From: a virus
Taxonomy: Duplodnaviria; Caudoviricetes
Length of the DNA: 64,000 bases
Reading direction: 5' to 3' (one strand)
Virus record (IMG/VR): IMGVR_UViG_3300021400_000103
The stretch's first letter is position 1. Every line of letters begins with the position of its first letter. Of this stretch, positions 63,128 to 64,000 are shown one piece after another. The position numbers and the translations under genes were made by a program. Under the pieces are notes generated by a model. The model saw nothing but the letters and a program-made list of their open reading frames with translations. It did no database searches and was not told where the DNA came from.

Positions 63128-63370
63128 TTATTCTCCTTTCGTTTTAATTCCCATCTGCTTGATGGCATTTTTAAATTCTCTGGCAGCCGTCGGATCTGTA
63201 GCCACAACATGGAGATCTAACCACTTGTTAACCCCCATTGTTACAATTCCAACTACCGATTCACCATCAATGGCTATACTGCCATTACTTAAAATAACAT
63301 CTCCATCGTACTGCTCTGCCAACTGAGCAAATGTCTCGATTTCGACTAAATCTTTAAACTTGATTTGCAC
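63128..63370 (-). CDS. HPr-family (His15-less) protein
   Basis: DVILSNGSIAIDGESVVGIVTMG resembles the HPr Ser46 motif (DAKSIMG); GTG start with RBS gaggtg. Confidence 0.65.
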   Translation of the reverse strand: MQIKFKDLVEIETFAQLAEQYDGDVILSNGSIAIDGESVVGIVTMGVNKWLDLHVVATDPTAAREFKNAIKQMGIKTKGE

Positions 63371-63935
63371 GTTCCACCTCCGATTTAATAACTCCATATA
63401 ACTCACTCCATGTCTCACACCGGAGACCAGTCCAATCTTTATTCCAAGGATAAACTTCGCCGTAGCATATCTTTATAGGAGCATTGCTTGTTTCTAAATT
63501 TTTTGTTACGTCATCAATGAAAACAGCGTCTTGAAGCTGGATATGTGACTTGTCTTCATGATGGTCTCTGTCTACGCCAATTAACCTTGCAAATGGGAAG
63601 CATTCCTGCTTCCACAATTCCTTAAGTTTTAAATTTGGAATCCGACCGGATGATACAAACACAATCTCAAACTCATCTGCCAGTTTATTGATAATCCATG
63701 ATGCACATTTCATTAGCTTGACAGACTCAAAAAATCGTGGCTGGCAGAAATACTGATCGATATATGTTCGACTAGCACAACTTAGTTCATCAAAATCCCA
63801 CGTCTGTATCTCTTCTGGATCTACTGGTTTGAAACCTGGATAGTATTGGAAATCATAGTTATATAAATTACATATCTGTGTAATCGAATCGAATACAACC
63901 CCATCAAGGTCTATTGCTATCCTTTTTATCATCAT
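63354..63935 (-). CDS. HAD-family 5'(3')-deoxyribonucleotidase
   Basis: IAIDLDGV, FIDD and YPWN motifs. Confidence 0.8.
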   Translation of the reverse strand: MMIKRIAIDLDGVVFDSITQICNLYNYDFQYYPGFKPVDPEEIQTWDFDELSCASRTYIDQYFCQPRFFESVKLMKCASWIINKLADEFEIVFVSSGRIPNLKLKELWKQECFPFARLIGVDRDHHEDKSHIQLQDAVFIDDVTKNLETSNAPIKICYGEVYPWNKDWTGLRCETWSELYGVIKSEVERANQV

Positions 63936-64000
63936 TCAGTGCCCACCTTGTTAACATATAAATTTCATTTTCAAGAGCATCCCAAGATGTATTCACTACT

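Noticed and set aside
1-64000. Stop-codon reassignment as the cause of gene fragmentation
   Set aside because: Genes are long and compact under the standard code, TAA/TAG/TGA all end genes, and the breaks are explained by introns

Overview
The window is a 64-kb segment of a large temperate, siphovirus-like phage of a low-GC Firmicutes host; the tRNA fragment in attP, the cell-wall-binding repeats and the HPr-like genes suggest Lachnospiraceae/Clostridia. The + strand (1-55487) is the late region: a ~600-nt highly structured ncRNA resembling ROOL, then prohead protease/scaffold, decoration and major capsid genes, head-tail and tail genes, accessory genes (cysteine desulfurase, tyrosine recombinase, holins, RuvC-like resolvase, a six-gene low-complexity cassette), a ~3475-aa tape measure protein (TMP), Dit/Tal, ~16 kb of fibre/receptor-binding-like genes, and an amidase endolysin. 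Five group I introns interrupt four late genes. All ten splice junctions can be read from the sequence through P1/P10 pairing, a terminal G and in-frame exon joins. One intron carries a LAGLIDADG endonuclease and one an HNH endonuclease; one apparently lacks P9; the HNH intron has U-A instead of U-G at its 5' splice site. The most unusual is the second TMP intron (26905-27922). It has no homing endonuclease and instead carries independently promoted cargo in a peripheral loop: an antisense zinc-ribbon gene and an apparent type I toxin-antitoxin module. An intact attP containing the 5' half of a tRNA-Trp lies between the endolysin and the integrase. The right end (- strand) holds Xis, a nucleotide-sugar dehydrogenase, a GT32 glycosyltransferase, dUTPase, NrdD, HPr-like proteins and a deoxyribonucleotidase. 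Family assignments come from motif recognition and synteny only; no database searches were run.
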